From positions 27,148-91,147 of the forward strand of contig CAZEJB010000007.1 of assembly GCA_964512635.1 (NCBI GenBank): DNA of 64,000 nt, read 5' to 3'. The notes under the pieces were generated by a model. The model searched no databases, had not been told where the DNA came from, and saw only the letters and a list, made by a program, of their open reading frames with translations. This DNA comes from an uncultured Planctomycetales bacterium. Its GTDB lineage: Bacteria; 4484-113; JAFGCY01. Below, in pieces: positions 8,608 to 17,050 of this stretch (position 1 is the stretch's first letter; each line of letters opens with the position of its first letter). Both the position numbers and the translations under genes were made by a program.

Positions 8608-9618
8608 CTAGGCCTGCCCCGGCTGTCCGGTTTGCGCTTCCAGGAGTCGCTCCGCGCGCTGACGCAGTTCGGGCGTCAGCAGATCGGGCCTGCGCTGATA
8701 GGTCAGCAAAAGCGCCGCATCTTCGCGGAAGCCGAGTATTTTAGCATGATTTCCGGAAAGCAATACCTCCGGCACGCGCCGGCCGTGCCAGATTTCCGGC
8801 CGGGTAAAGTGCGGCCAGTCCAGCAGGCAGGCGCCGTCCGGCCGGCTGGTGAAACTTTCACTTCCGGCGCTGTCGTCGTTGCCCAGCACGCCGGGGATCA
8901 GCCGCGTCACTGCGTCAATAAACACCATGGCGGCCAGCTCGCCGCCGGAGATTACGTAGTCACCGATGCTGACCTCGCGCGCCCCGACTTCCTCCAGCAG
9001 GCGCTGATCGATCCCTTCATAGCGGCCGCAGAGCAGGATCAGAGAGGCACAAGGGACAAGGGCCGAGGGACAAGAGTCCCGAGCACTGCGGCCTGGCTCC
9101 AGATTCTCTGTGTTTGTTGCCCAGTTTTCTCCAGTCCCTGGATACTCATCATCAGTATCTGTTTCTTTGTCTTCCAAGCTCTTAAGTCTCTCCGCCTCTT
9201 GCTTTTGGCTCATGGCCCTTGGCCCTTGGCCCTCTTCTCTCGTCCCTAGTCCCTGGTCCCTAGTCCCGTCTTCCCTTGCCCCTTGGCCCTTGACCCTTGT
9301 CGCTTGTTCGGCCAGCTCCTCCGCCAGCGCCTGCGTCAGCAGCTCGCCGGACGGGCTAAGGTAGATCACCGGCGTATCCGCACCATACAGCTCGCGCAGC
9401 GAAGCTATCGCGCGGAACAGCGGCTCGGCCAGCATCACCATGCCCGGCCCGCCGCCATAGGGCGTGTCGTCGGTGGTGCGGTGCTTGTCGCCGGTGAAGT
9501 CTCGCGGGTCGGTCAGACTAAAGCCGATCAGACCTGCGTCCACCGCCCGGCGCAGCACGCCGTGCTCAAAGACGGCTCTGACAAAGTCGGGGAAGATGCT
9601 GATGACGTGGAAGTTCAT
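8608..9618 (-). CDS. trmD: tRNA (guanine37-N1)-methyltransferase TrmD carrying a low-complexity in-frame insertion of about 85 aa
   Basis: MNFHVISIFPDFV...LLCGRYEGIDQRL...IGDYVISGGELAAMVFIDAVTRLIPGVLGN.... TrmD motifs are present. The insert (QGAREDGTRDQGLGTREEGQGPRA...DTDDEYPGTGENW...) lies between the N-domain and the LLCGRYEGID motif. Confidence 0.85.
   Translation of the reverse strand: MNFHVISIFPDFVRAVFEHGVLRRAVDAGLIGFSLTDPRDFTGDKHRTTDDTPYGGGPGMVMLAEPLFRAIASLRELYGADTPVIYLSPSGELLTQALAEELAEQATRVKGQGAREDGTRDQGLGTREEGQGPRAMSQKQEAERLKSLEDKETDTDDEYPGTGENWATNTENLEPGRSARDSCPSALVPCASLILLCGRYEGIDQRLLEEVGAREVSIGDYVISGGELAAMVFIDAVTRLIPGVLGNDDSAGSESFTSRPDGACLLDWPHFTRPEIWHGRRVPEVLLSGNHAKILGFREDAALLLTYQRRPDLLTPELRQRAERLLEAQTGQPGQA
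9040..9310. repeat. Lower-GC tandem or low-complexity repeat inside trmD (ggcccttg / tccctagtccctgg units)
   Basis: Direct reiterations are visible: ggcccttggcccttggccct, gtccctagtccctggtccctagtccc and cccttggcccttgacccttg. The encoded insert is absent from canonical TrmD. Confidence 0.5.
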
Positions 9619-9636
9619 GCCTGGGCTTCCCCTGCG

Positions 9637-10278
9637 TTAAGGACGGCGCCGGCCGGCGGCCCGCTTGGCCTGCACGCTGGCCTTGGAGGGGCCTCGGGCC
9701 GTCCGCGGACGTCGCGGCGCATGCTTGCGCGGGGCGCCATCCGGGTTGCCGCCTTCGACCACCTCGCGCCCGGCGGGCTCCAGCGGATAGCTGGTCACCA
9801 GATAACCCGCGGCCAGGTTGACCTCAACAATATGCTGGTCAATGTAGGGGAAAAGCGGCTCGCCCGGGCAGTCGAGCTGCAGCAGGAAATGCGGCCCGGA
9901 GTCGAGTATCTCGTTAATGTGCCCCAGCACCCGGCCTTCGGGGTTGCGAACCTCAAGTCCGGATAGCTCAAAGAGGTAGACTTCGCCCGGCTCGTCCCGG
10001 GGCAGTTCGCCGCGCCGGGCGTGGTACACCAGTTCCCAGCCGGTGAAGGCCTTCAGCGGCTCGGGGGCGTCGTACTCCTCAAAGCGGATCAGGAAATCCT
10101 GGTCGCGCAGCTTGACCGCGGCCACACTGAGTCGCAGGCACTCGCTGCTGCGGGGGTCAAGCAAAAGGTAGTGGCTGCGTCCGGGGATCCACTCGGGGTG
10201 GTCAGTGGTATAGGCGCACTTGAGTTCACCCTGCACTCCGAAAGGCGCCACCACATATCCGATGCGAACTAAAGGCAT
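9637..10278 (-). CDS. rimM: Ribosome maturation factor RimM with a basic C-terminal tail
   Basis: MPLVRIGYVVAPFGVQGELK.... RimM N-terminal signature plus a PRC barrel. Sits between trmD and the KH-domain gene. Confidence 0.85.
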   Translation of the reverse strand: MPLVRIGYVVAPFGVQGELKCAYTTDHPEWIPGRSHYLLLDPRSSECLRLSVAAVKLRDQDFLIRFEEYDAPEPLKAFTGWELVYHARRGELPRDEPGEVYLFELSGLEVRNPEGRVLGHINEILDSGPHFLLQLDCPGEPLFPYIDQHIVEVNLAAGYLVTSYPLEPAGREVVEGGNPDGAPRKHAPRRPRTARGPSKASVQAKRAAGRRRP

Positions 10279-10295
10279 GCCGCTGGCCGCCGGCC

Positions 10296-10583
10296 TTAGA
10301 CCGTGGCCTCGGGCTGCTCTACGCGCTCAGCTCGGGGGGTGGGTTCACCAGCGCCGACCAGCTCGATTCCAACCTTCTGGAAGCGCTTGCCGGCTCCTGC
10401 GCGCACCAGCAGGCGCAGCGCATTGATGATGCGTCCCTCGCGGCCAATCACCTTGCCGACATCCTCAGGCGCGACCGAAACCTGGAGCGTGACCTTGTCA
10501 CGTCCTTCCTGGTTTGCGACGATCTTCACCTGGTCAGGAAACTCGACGATGTGCCGCAGAATCTGGGTCAGAAGCTCGATCAT
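10296..10583 (-). CDS. KH-domain RNA-binding protein (UPF0109/YlqC-like)
   Basis: 95 aa containing ...VGKVIGREGRIINALR.... Canonical position between rpsP and rimM. Confidence 0.8.
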   Translation of the reverse strand: MIELLTQILRHIVEFPDQVKIVANQEGRDKVTLQVSVAPEDVGKVIGREGRIINALRLLVRAGAGKRFQKVGIELVGAGEPTPRAERVEQPEATV

Positions 10584-10628
10584 GTTTCAACCCACCTCCG
10601 TGGGTAATATGCGCGGCCAGCCGCGCGA

Positions 10629-10877
10629 CTAAACCTTGATGTCTGAGTGTGACTTGAGCAGGCGGCGCACCACATCGGTCGGCTGCGCGCCAACGCTGAG
10701 CCAGTGCTCAACGCGCTCCTTGTTGAAACGCACGCGGTCCGACTCGGACAGCGGGTTGTAGAAGCCCAAAAGCTCGATGTAATCGCCCGAACGCGGCGTG
10801 CGCGCTTCCTTCGCGACAACGCGGTAACTCGGCTGCTTGTGCTTTCCTGTACGGACAAGACGGATTCGAACGGCCAT
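10629..10877 (-). CDS. rpsP: 30S ribosomal protein S16
   Basis: MAVRIRLVRTGKHKQPSYRVVAKEARTPRSGDYIELLGFYNP... starts at the ATG at 10877. The longer track ORF extending to 11039 has a non-homologous N-terminus. Confidence 0.9.
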   Translation of the reverse strand: MAVRIRLVRTGKHKQPSYRVVAKEARTPRSGDYIELLGFYNPLSESDRVRFNKERVEHWLSVGAQPTDVVRRLLKSHSDIKV

Positions 10878-11091
10878 ATGCCCCTGATACCTCGCAGAAA
10901 TGAGACAGGGGATTATAGCAGAAGCCCCCGTCCGGTCAAACGTCAACACATTTTCCGCCCGGCCTGCGACAAAAGCCGGCCCGCCGGAGTAATCTTCTAT
11001 GGCCTGCGCGCTGCCAGCGCGGGAGGGACGGCCCTCCACCCAGGTCTGGCATGGACGGCCTGCCGGATGTTAAGCACACTGGAGGAACGCC

Positions 11092-11406
11092 ATGCCCTGG
11101 CTTCTGCTTATCCTCGCCGGCCTGCTCGAAATCGCCTGGGCCTTCGGCCTGAAGCGCTACGGCCTGTTTCAAAGCTACTGGCCCAGCCTGGCCATCATCT
11201 GCGCCATGCTCGGCAGCTTTTGGCTGCTCGCGCTGGCCATGCGCCAAATCCCCCTCGGCACGGCCTACAGCGTCTGGACCGGCATCGGCGTGCTGGGAGC
11301 CGTGCTGCTCGGCGCGATCCTGCTGGACGAGAAGCTCTCGCTGCTGCGCCTGGCCTGTATAGCCCTGCTCCTGCTCAGCATCCTCGGCCTGCGACTGCTG
11401 CGCTAG
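11092..11406 (+). CDS. sugE: SMR-family small multidrug/guanidinium exporter (SugE/Gdx-like)
   Basis: 104 aa with 4 TM helices. ...LLEIAWAFGLKRYG...AYSVWTGIGVLGAVLLG... SMR signature including the conserved Glu in TM1. Confidence 0.85.
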   Translation: MPWLLLILAGLLEIAWAFGLKRYGLFQSYWPSLAIICAMLGSFWLLALAMRQIPLGTAYSVWTGIGVLGAVLLGAILLDEKLSLLRLACIALLLLSILGLRLLR

Positions 11407-11433
11407 TACTTTCAGCCCGCCTTCCCGGCCTGC

Positions 11434-12444
11434 CTACATATCCACCGCGGGAGTCCCGTCCGCATGGCTGCCGTGCAGGCTGCCCGGCTTTGCCTTGATC
11501 AGCAGCGAAAGCACCACGCCAAGGGCGATCAGGCCGGCGACAACAGCCAGCGATACGCCGATCGGGACCTTCCAGGCTGTATCCAGCAGCAGCATCTTGC
11601 CGCCGATGAAGACCAGCACGCCGGCCAGGGCATAGTGCAGCAGGTGAAACAGGTTCAGCACGCCGGCGAGGGCGAAGTACATGCTGCGCAGGCCGAGAAT
11701 GGCGAAGACGTTGCTGGTGAAGACGATGAAGGGGTCGGTGGTAATCGCCAGGATCGCCGGGATGCTGTCCACCGCGAAGATCAGGTCGGTGAACTCAACC
11801 AGTACCAGCACCACCAGCAGCGGCGTGGCTACGCGTTTGCCATCGATCTTTGTCACCAGCTTCTCGCCGTCATACTTGTCGCTGACCGGCATGATCCGCC
11901 GCAGCAGCAGCAGCGCCGGGTTGCGGCTCAGGTCGGCCTTCTTGCCCTTCGCCAGCACCATCTTCAGGCCGGTCAGGATCAGGAAGGCGCCGAAGACATA
12001 GATCGTCCAGTGAAAGCGCTCGATCAGCGCGGCGCCGGCGAAGATGAACACCGCGCGCATGGCCAGCGCACCCAGGATGCCCCAGAACAGCACCTTGTGC
12101 TGATAGCGCGGCGGTACGGCGAAGTAGCCGAACAGCATCGCAAAGACAAAGATATTGTCGACCGCCAGGGCTTTCTCAACCAGATAGCCGGTCAGGTATT
12201 CCTTGCCCGACTGCGGCCCGAACCAGTACCAGACCAGCAGGTTGAAGATCAGCGCCGTGCCGATCCAGACAGCGCTCCAGATCGCGGCTTCCTTGAACTT
12301 GACCTCATGGCTCTCGCGGTGGAACACTCCAAGGTCAAGGGCCAGAAACAGCGCGACCAGCGCCAGGAAGCCGATCCAGAAGATCGGCGGCACATTGCCC
12401 GCGTCAAGCACGGCAAGCGGCAAGCTTGTCAGTGTGGTGAGCAT
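11434..12444 (-). CDS. TerC-family integral membrane protein
   Basis: Polytopic, with ...AVDNIFVFAMLFGYF... and ...EFTDLIFAVDSIPAILAITTDPFIVFTSNVFAILGLRSMYFALAGVL.... These are TerC motifs. The start is taken at the internal ATG at 12444 (MLTTLTS...). Confidence 0.8.
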   Translation of the reverse strand: MLTTLTSLPLAVLDAGNVPPIFWIGFLALVALFLALDLGVFHRESHEVKFKEAAIWSAVWIGTALIFNLLVWYWFGPQSGKEYLTGYLVEKALAVDNIFVFAMLFGYFAVPPRYQHKVLFWGILGALAMRAVFIFAGAALIERFHWTIYVFGAFLILTGLKMVLAKGKKADLSRNPALLLLRRIMPVSDKYDGEKLVTKIDGKRVATPLLVVLVLVEFTDLIFAVDSIPAILAITTDPFIVFTSNVFAILGLRSMYFALAGVLNLFHLLHYALAGVLVFIGGKMLLLDTAWKVPIGVSLAVVAGLIALGVVLSLLIKAKPGSLHGSHADGTPAVDM

Positions 12445-12572
12445 ACCTTCCCCGCCGCGCGCGTACTGTTTTTGGTGTGGCTCTATGAGCGCGGCTTTAA
12501 TTTCTACCAGCCTCAGTCGCGCACTATTGCACGGGAGTGCATATTTCTTTTTGACTCGCCCTCGCGTCCAGC

Positions 12573-13319
12573 TCAGGCTTCCCAGCCGCGCAGAGAGGCC
12601 TCCTGGCCGTGGATGCAATCATGCAGCGCGTGGCGGAAGGCGCCCTGTTCGGTGCGCCGCAGGGCCAGAAAGGGCAGGCGCAGCAGCAGCAGATCACAGA
12701 CGACCAGCAGCAAAAGGCCCCAGACGCCCATCGGATAGCGGCTGAAGATCAGATAGAAAGGCAGATTGGCAAAGGCCAGCAGGGCGCAAAAGCCCAGCAC
12801 CCGCTGGCGCTGCTGCTCCAGTGCCGGGCTGCGCGCCGTCAGCCGCAGCTCATCGCAGAGCGACAGATACGCCCCCGGCAGGCCTTCCAGCCGCGCGCCG
12901 AGGCTGTCGCGCTGAATCAGCTGCTGTTCCCGGCTGCGCCCAAGCCCCAGAAAGCCGCCGTCAACCGGCGGCAGCTGGCGGTCGAGGGTCAGCATCAGGA
13001 TGCCGCCGCCCTCCAAGTTATGCCGTGCCGCGTTATATAGCTCGGCATAGTGCTTGCTGTAACGGTACAGCAGCCAGTAACACAGCACTCCGCCGCCCAG
13101 CCCGCAAAGCAGAGCCAGCAGATCCCGCAGCCCCGGCGGGCTGCCGGCACTCAGCGCCGGGACCAGCAGCAGCAGCAGCAGCATGCCAAAGACCAGCGAT
13201 GCATTCGCGCTGCGGTTATGCAGCTCGCGCAGTGACGGATACTCCAGCGCCGCCAGCATGCGCAGCCGCTGAGCCGAAGCCCGCGCTGTCGCCGTCGCGC
13301 CGCTGGAGATCACATCCAT
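12573..13319 (-). CDS. Hypothetical integral membrane protein
   Basis: ORF with several hydrophobic helices. The start is chosen at MDVISSG (13319) to avoid overlapping alkB. No recognisable family. Confidence 0.4.
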   Translation of the reverse strand: MDVISSGATATARASAQRLRMLAALEYPSLRELHNRSANASLVFGMLLLLLLVPALSAGSPPGLRDLLALLCGLGGGVLCYWLLYRYSKHYAELYNAARHNLEGGGILMLTLDRQLPPVDGGFLGLGRSREQQLIQRDSLGARLEGLPGAYLSLCDELRLTARSPALEQQRQRVLGFCALLAFANLPFYLIFSRYPMGVWGLLLLVVCDLLLLRLPFLALRRTEQGAFRHALHDCIHGQEASLRGWEA

Positions 13320-13389
13320 ACCTGTATATGATTCCACATTGCCCGCGCGGGCGTACGAATAGGCAGGCGCGGCTGCTATAACTACACGC

Positions 13390-14040
13390 ATGATGGGCAG
13401 TCTGTTTGACGCGCAGCCACGGACCGTTGAGGCCCTCAGCCTCGCCGAAGGAGCCGTTCTGCTGCGCGCCTTTGCCGATCCGCAGGCGGCTGAGCTGCTC
13501 GCCGAGGTGGATCGTATCACCGCTGTTTCGCCCTTCCGCCACCTCGAGACGCCCGGCGGTTTTACGATGTCGGTGGCGATGACCAACGCCGGCAAGGTCG
13601 GCTGGGTCTCGGACCGCTCTGGCTATCGCTACCAGCCTACCGATCCGCTGAGCGTCCAGCCCTGGCCGGCCATGCCGCCGCTGCTGCTGGACCTCGCCGC
13701 GCGGGCAGCGGCCGCGGGCGGCTTCCCCGGGTTCGAGCCGGATGTGGCGCTGATCAACCGCTATGTCCCCGGCGCAAGTTTGTCCGCGCATCGCGACGGC
13801 GACGAACGCCACCATGACCAGCCCATCGTCTCGATCTCGCTCGGCCTGCCGGCGACATTCTTCTTCGGCGGCCTGGAGCGCAGCGACCCGGTGAAGAGTT
13901 ATCGTCTGGACAGCGGCGACGTGGTGGTCTGGGGCGGACCGGCGCGGTTGGCCTATCACGGAGTGCGCAAACTGAAGGACGGGCAGCACCCGCTGACCGG
14001 AAACTGCCGCATCAACATAACGTTCAGAAAGGCTTTGTAA
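13390..14040 (+). CDS. alkB: Alpha-ketoglutarate-dependent dioxygenase AlkB (DNA/RNA alkylation repair)
   Basis: ...LINRYVPGASLSAHRDGDE...VSISLGLPATFFFGG...GDVVVWGGPARLAYHGV.... The HxD...H iron ligands and AlkB fold motifs are present. Confidence 0.85.
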   Translation: MMGSLFDAQPRTVEALSLAEGAVLLRAFADPQAAELLAEVDRITAVSPFRHLETPGGFTMSVAMTNAGKVGWVSDRSGYRYQPTDPLSVQPWPAMPPLLLDLAARAAAAGGFPGFEPDVALINRYVPGASLSAHRDGDERHHDQPIVSISLGLPATFFFGGLERSDPVKSYRLDSGDVVVWGGPARLAYHGVRKLKDGQHPLTGNCRINITFRKAL

Positions 14041-14044
14041 CCCC

Positions 14045-14270
14045 TGAACGTAGGGGCGCGTGGATCGCGCCCGCGGTCGGAGCGTCGAGTCGTCGGGATG
14101 CAGGTAGGAGCGCACAGAGTGCGCCCGGCATCTGAACGCAACGCAGCAAGCACTTTTGCGCCCGGTCACTAAACTGTCAGTAACTGCCGGGCGCACTCTG
14201 TGCGCCCCTACCCCAAGTTCGGTACTGCACGGATTTCCCAACGCGGGCGCGCTCCACGCGCCCCTACGAT
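14045..14270. repeat. Cluster of nested REP-like palindromes between the convergent alkB and gmd genes
   Basis: The outer pair is gtaggggcgcgtggatcgcgccc / gggcgcgctccacgcgcccctac. The inner pair is gtaggagcgcacagagtgcgcccgg / ccgggcgcactctgtgcgcccctac. The gcgcacagagtgcgc core recurs at 19198-19267. Confidence 0.6.
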
Positions 14271-14314
14271 TCCATTAGCCTTCTGCCTTCTGCCTTCCGC
14301 CTTTTGCCTTTCTT

Positions 14315-15328
14315 CTAGCTCTCCCACCCGATCCCGCGGTCTACTCTGTCGATGTCCGCCGCCACCATGCGCCGCGTCATCTCCTCAAAGCTCACTTCGG
14401 GCTGCCAGCCCAGCTCTTTGCGCGCCGCCGATGAATCCCCGCGCAGGATATGCAGCTCCGCCGGGCGCATGAAGGCCGGGTCGACCTCAACGTGCTCTTC
14501 CCAGTTCAGGCTGGCCTCGCCGAAGGCCGTTTCGCACAGCTCGCGCACCGTCTTGCTGACGCCGGTGGCGATCACGAAATCCCGCGGCTCGTCCTGCTCC
14601 AGCATCAGCTGCATCGCGCGAACGTAGTCCGGGGCATAGCCCCAGTCGCGCCGCGCATCCAGGTTGCCCAGCGCCACCTTCTGCTGCAGGCCGCGCTTGA
14701 TCCGCGCCGCCGCCATCGTCACCTTGCGGGTCACAAAGGCCAGGCCGCGGCGCTCGCTCTCATGGTTGAACAGGATGCCGCTGACGGCGAACAGGCCATA
14801 GCTCTCGCGGTAGTTCACCGTGATGTGGTGGCCGAAGACCTTCGCCACGCCATAGGGGCTGCGCGGGTGGAAGGGCGTGGCTTCGCTTTGCGGCTCGCTC
14901 GCGGCGTTGCCGAACATCTCGCTGGAGCTGGCCTGATAGAAGCGGATCGGCTGGCCGCTGCCGTCAACGCGCACCTGGCGCACCGCCTCCAGCATGTTCA
15001 GCACGCCAAGGCCGGTGGCCTCGGCGGTCGCCAGCGGGACATCCCAGGAGTAGTGCACAAAGCTTTGCGCCGCCAGGTTGAACACAAAGCGCGGGCGCAG
15101 CTCGGACATGATCCGCATAATCGCGCCGCCGTCGGTGACATCGCCGGGGATGACGCTCAGCGCGCCGCTGTCCAGCAGCGGCTGGATGCGCCAGTTGCTG
15201 GTGTCGGCCTTGCGCCGCACCAGGCCGTGGACCTTGATCCCCTGCCCGGCCAGCACCTCAGCCAGATAGCTGCCGTCCTGGCCCGAAACACCGGTGATCA
15301 GCGCAACCGCGCCCGCATGAGATGGCAT
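14315..15328 (-). CDS. gmd: GDP-mannose 4,6-dehydratase
   Basis: MPSHAGAVALITGVSGQDGSYLAEVL...YQASSSEMFG...SPYGVAKVFGHHITVNYRESYGLFAVSGILFNHESERRG.... Canonical Gmd. Confidence 0.9.
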   Translation of the reverse strand: MPSHAGAVALITGVSGQDGSYLAEVLAGQGIKVHGLVRRKADTSNWRIQPLLDSGALSVIPGDVTDGGAIMRIMSELRPRFVFNLAAQSFVHYSWDVPLATAEATGLGVLNMLEAVRQVRVDGSGQPIRFYQASSSEMFGNAASEPQSEATPFHPRSPYGVAKVFGHHITVNYRESYGLFAVSGILFNHESERRGLAFVTRKVTMAAARIKRGLQQKVALGNLDARRDWGYAPDYVRAMQLMLEQDEPRDFVIATGVSKTVRELCETAFGEASLNWEEHVEVDPAFMRPAELHILRGDSSAARKELGWQPEVSFEEMTRRMVAADIDRVDRGIGWES

Positions 15329-15433
15329 GTGAGCATTGTAAGCGCGGGCCGCAGGTGTTGCATCGAAGGCACGGAGCGCGCCACGGTGTGCCGCCCTCAT
15401 GGAGCGCAGGCAACTTGCCTGCATCTTTGTCTC

Positions 15434-16085
15434 GGAGGGGCTCAGCTTGCCTGAGCCCGCGGCAAGAGTGACAGCTCGATGAAGGATTAAAGATGACCGT
15501 CACGTCTGAGCTGATATGCCTGCGGATTTTCCAGGATGTACTTTCGATAGGCAAACAGCTCTTCTTCATCTTCAATCACTTCGTCTCCATAGCTGCGCTG
15601 AAGGAACTGTCTTGGCAGTCGTTGATATTGTTCGCGAAAGGTGATGTACTCGCGAGCACTCAAGGACTTGAAGACCTGCATAAACCTAACCAGGCTTGTT
15701 CCAGCCTTCCCGGTCTGCAAGCTCAGTGCCAGTATGAAGTGCAGGTGATCCGGCATGACGCAGTGGCAATCGATCTCGGTGTCTGGAAAGCGAGTTGCTG
15801 TATGCAGCAGGTGCTTCTCCAGCATGACTCCAATGCGGGTCAGTCTTGGCTGGCCTTCTTCGATCCGGCACAACAGTGGAATTCGATCCTGAACGCACTG
15901 TGTAACCATGTACATTCCCGGCGTAGAGTAATCGAAACCCTTCGCCCGGGGATTCTTACGGCGGGGCACTTCAACCCATTCAGGTAAAGCCATCATCGAG
16001 AAAATTGTATCGCCGCGGGCTCAGGCAAGCTGAGCCCCTCCGATCCACGGAGCATCGTGCTGAAAGCGATGCAGCGAGCGGTCAG
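15434..16085 (-). mobile_element. REP-RAYT-REP unit: a REP-associated tyrosine transposase gene flanked by inverted REP copies
   Basis: The left REP at 15434-15463 (ggaggggctcagcttgcctgagcccgcggc) is the reverse complement of the core of the right REP at 16011-16085 (cgccgcgggctcaggcaagctgagcccctccgatccacggagcatcgtgctgaaagcgatgcagcgagc). A third copy lies at 57060-57130. Confidence 0.65.
15487..15996 (-). CDS. REP-associated tyrosine transposase (RAYT, IS200/IS605 TnpA-like HuH)
   Basis: 169 aa with the HuH motif (CHCVMPDHLHFIL) and a downstream conserved Tyr region (...AREYITFRE...), both typical of the Y1 transposase/RAYT fold. Single copy, flanked by REPs. Confidence 0.75.
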   Translation of the reverse strand: MMALPEWVEVPRRKNPRAKGFDYSTPGMYMVTQCVQDRIPLLCRIEEGQPRLTRIGVMLEKHLLHTATRFPDTEIDCHCVMPDHLHFILALSLQTGKAGTSLVRFMQVFKSLSAREYITFREQYQRLPRQFLQRSYGDEVIEDEEELFAYRKYILENPQAYQLRRDGHL

Positions 16086-16087
16086 TC

Positions 16088-17050
16088 TTGTCACGGGGGC
16101 TTGCGAAGCACTTCTCTGCGAGCTACCGTGGCCCAGTCACATCCCTCTCCCGCGGCTACAATCTCAGCAACACAGGGAGACAGCCCTTGCTCAAGCGCCG
16201 TAAAGCCCGCGCCTTATCCAGCCTGCAGGACAGGCAGGCGACGTTGGCGCAGGAGCAGCTGCTCAAGGGCTTCGTGGTCGCCGAGCCTCAGCCGGCCCAC
16301 AGCCGTCTGGCCCAGGCTCTCGATTTCAAGGACGCCCGGGAGATTCGCGCCAATATCTATTCCTCCTGCAGCATCCTTAGCGCGGTCGCCGCCTGTGAGT
16401 ACCTCGGCTTCACTGTGGTCAACTCCTCAACCTATGGCCGCGAGTGGCTCTGCCTGCTGCCTGCGCTCGGCGTCTTTGTGGTCTGCGCCGGCAGCCTGCT
16501 GCTCTACCTAAGCCTGCTTGGCACGCTGCGCAGCCATGCCGTCGAGAATCTGCTGGATCGCGGCCTCTATGTCGCCGTCTTCGACCAGACCTTAAGCGAT
16601 CCCCCGCCGAGCGGCATCTGGGCCAAGTTCTTCCAGAAACCCATCGACCGTCTCCTGCGCTCGGACTCGCTGGTCAAGCGCATCAGCGCGCTGGTCGAGT
16701 ACTTCCCGCGCCTGGCCGGAAACAGCGGCCTGGAGCCACTGCCGATGATGGCCTATGTCATTCGCCTGGTGCTCAGCGGAGGCGTCGTCCTGGCGCTCAG
16801 CGTGCCGCTGCTGCTCAGCCTGTATTACTTCGTGACTGCGCTGGTCAGCGGCGACGCCTGGCGCTATGGCAGCAACACCTTCAATGTCGCCGCGGTGCTG
16901 GCCTACATAATCGAGTCCGGCGGCGGGCCGGTTTTCCTGCCTGTAATGATTCTGCTCCATATCTATCTGGCTCTCATCGGCCTGCGGCTCTTTGGCGTCA
17001 TTGAGCGTGCGGCGGTGCGCCAGGCGATGAACGCCATCGTCAACAGCTAG
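16088..17050 (+). CDS. Hypothetical integral membrane protein
   Basis: 320 aa with multiple TM helices in the C-terminal half. The annotated 5' end overlaps the REP, so the true start is uncertain. Confidence 0.45.
   Translation: MSRGLAKHFSASYRGPVTSLSRGYNLSNTGRQPLLKRRKARALSSLQDRQATLAQEQLLKGFVVAEPQPAHSRLAQALDFKDAREIRANIYSSCSILSAVAACEYLGFTVVNSSTYGREWLCLLPALGVFVVCAGSLLLYLSLLGTLRSHAVENLLDRGLYVAVFDQTLSDPPPSGIWAKFFQKPIDRLLRSDSLVKRISALVEYFPRLAGNSGLEPLPMMAYVIRLVLSGGVVLALSVPLLLSLYYFVTALVSGDAWRYGSNTFNVAAVLAYIIESGGGPVFLPVMILLHIYLALIGLRLFGVIERAAVRQAMNAIVNS

Noticed and set aside
10855-10875. ggattcgaacgg, a tRNA T-arm-like motif
   Set aside because: It lies inside the rpsP N-terminal coding region (MAVRIRLVRTG). 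No acceptor or anticodon stems can be built around it. No tRNA genes were recognised anywhere in the window.
11464-12738. 424-aa plus-strand ORF
   Set aside because: Antisense shadow of the TerC gene, with a highly charged, low-complexity translation.
13320-13595. Upstream 90 codons of the 12573..13595 ORF
   Set aside because: This part would overlap the divergent alkB start and is Ala/Ser/Arg low-complexity. A later start at 13319 is more plausible.
14450-15454. 334-aa plus-strand ORF
   Set aside because: Antisense shadow of gmd, which has unmistakable homology on the other strand.
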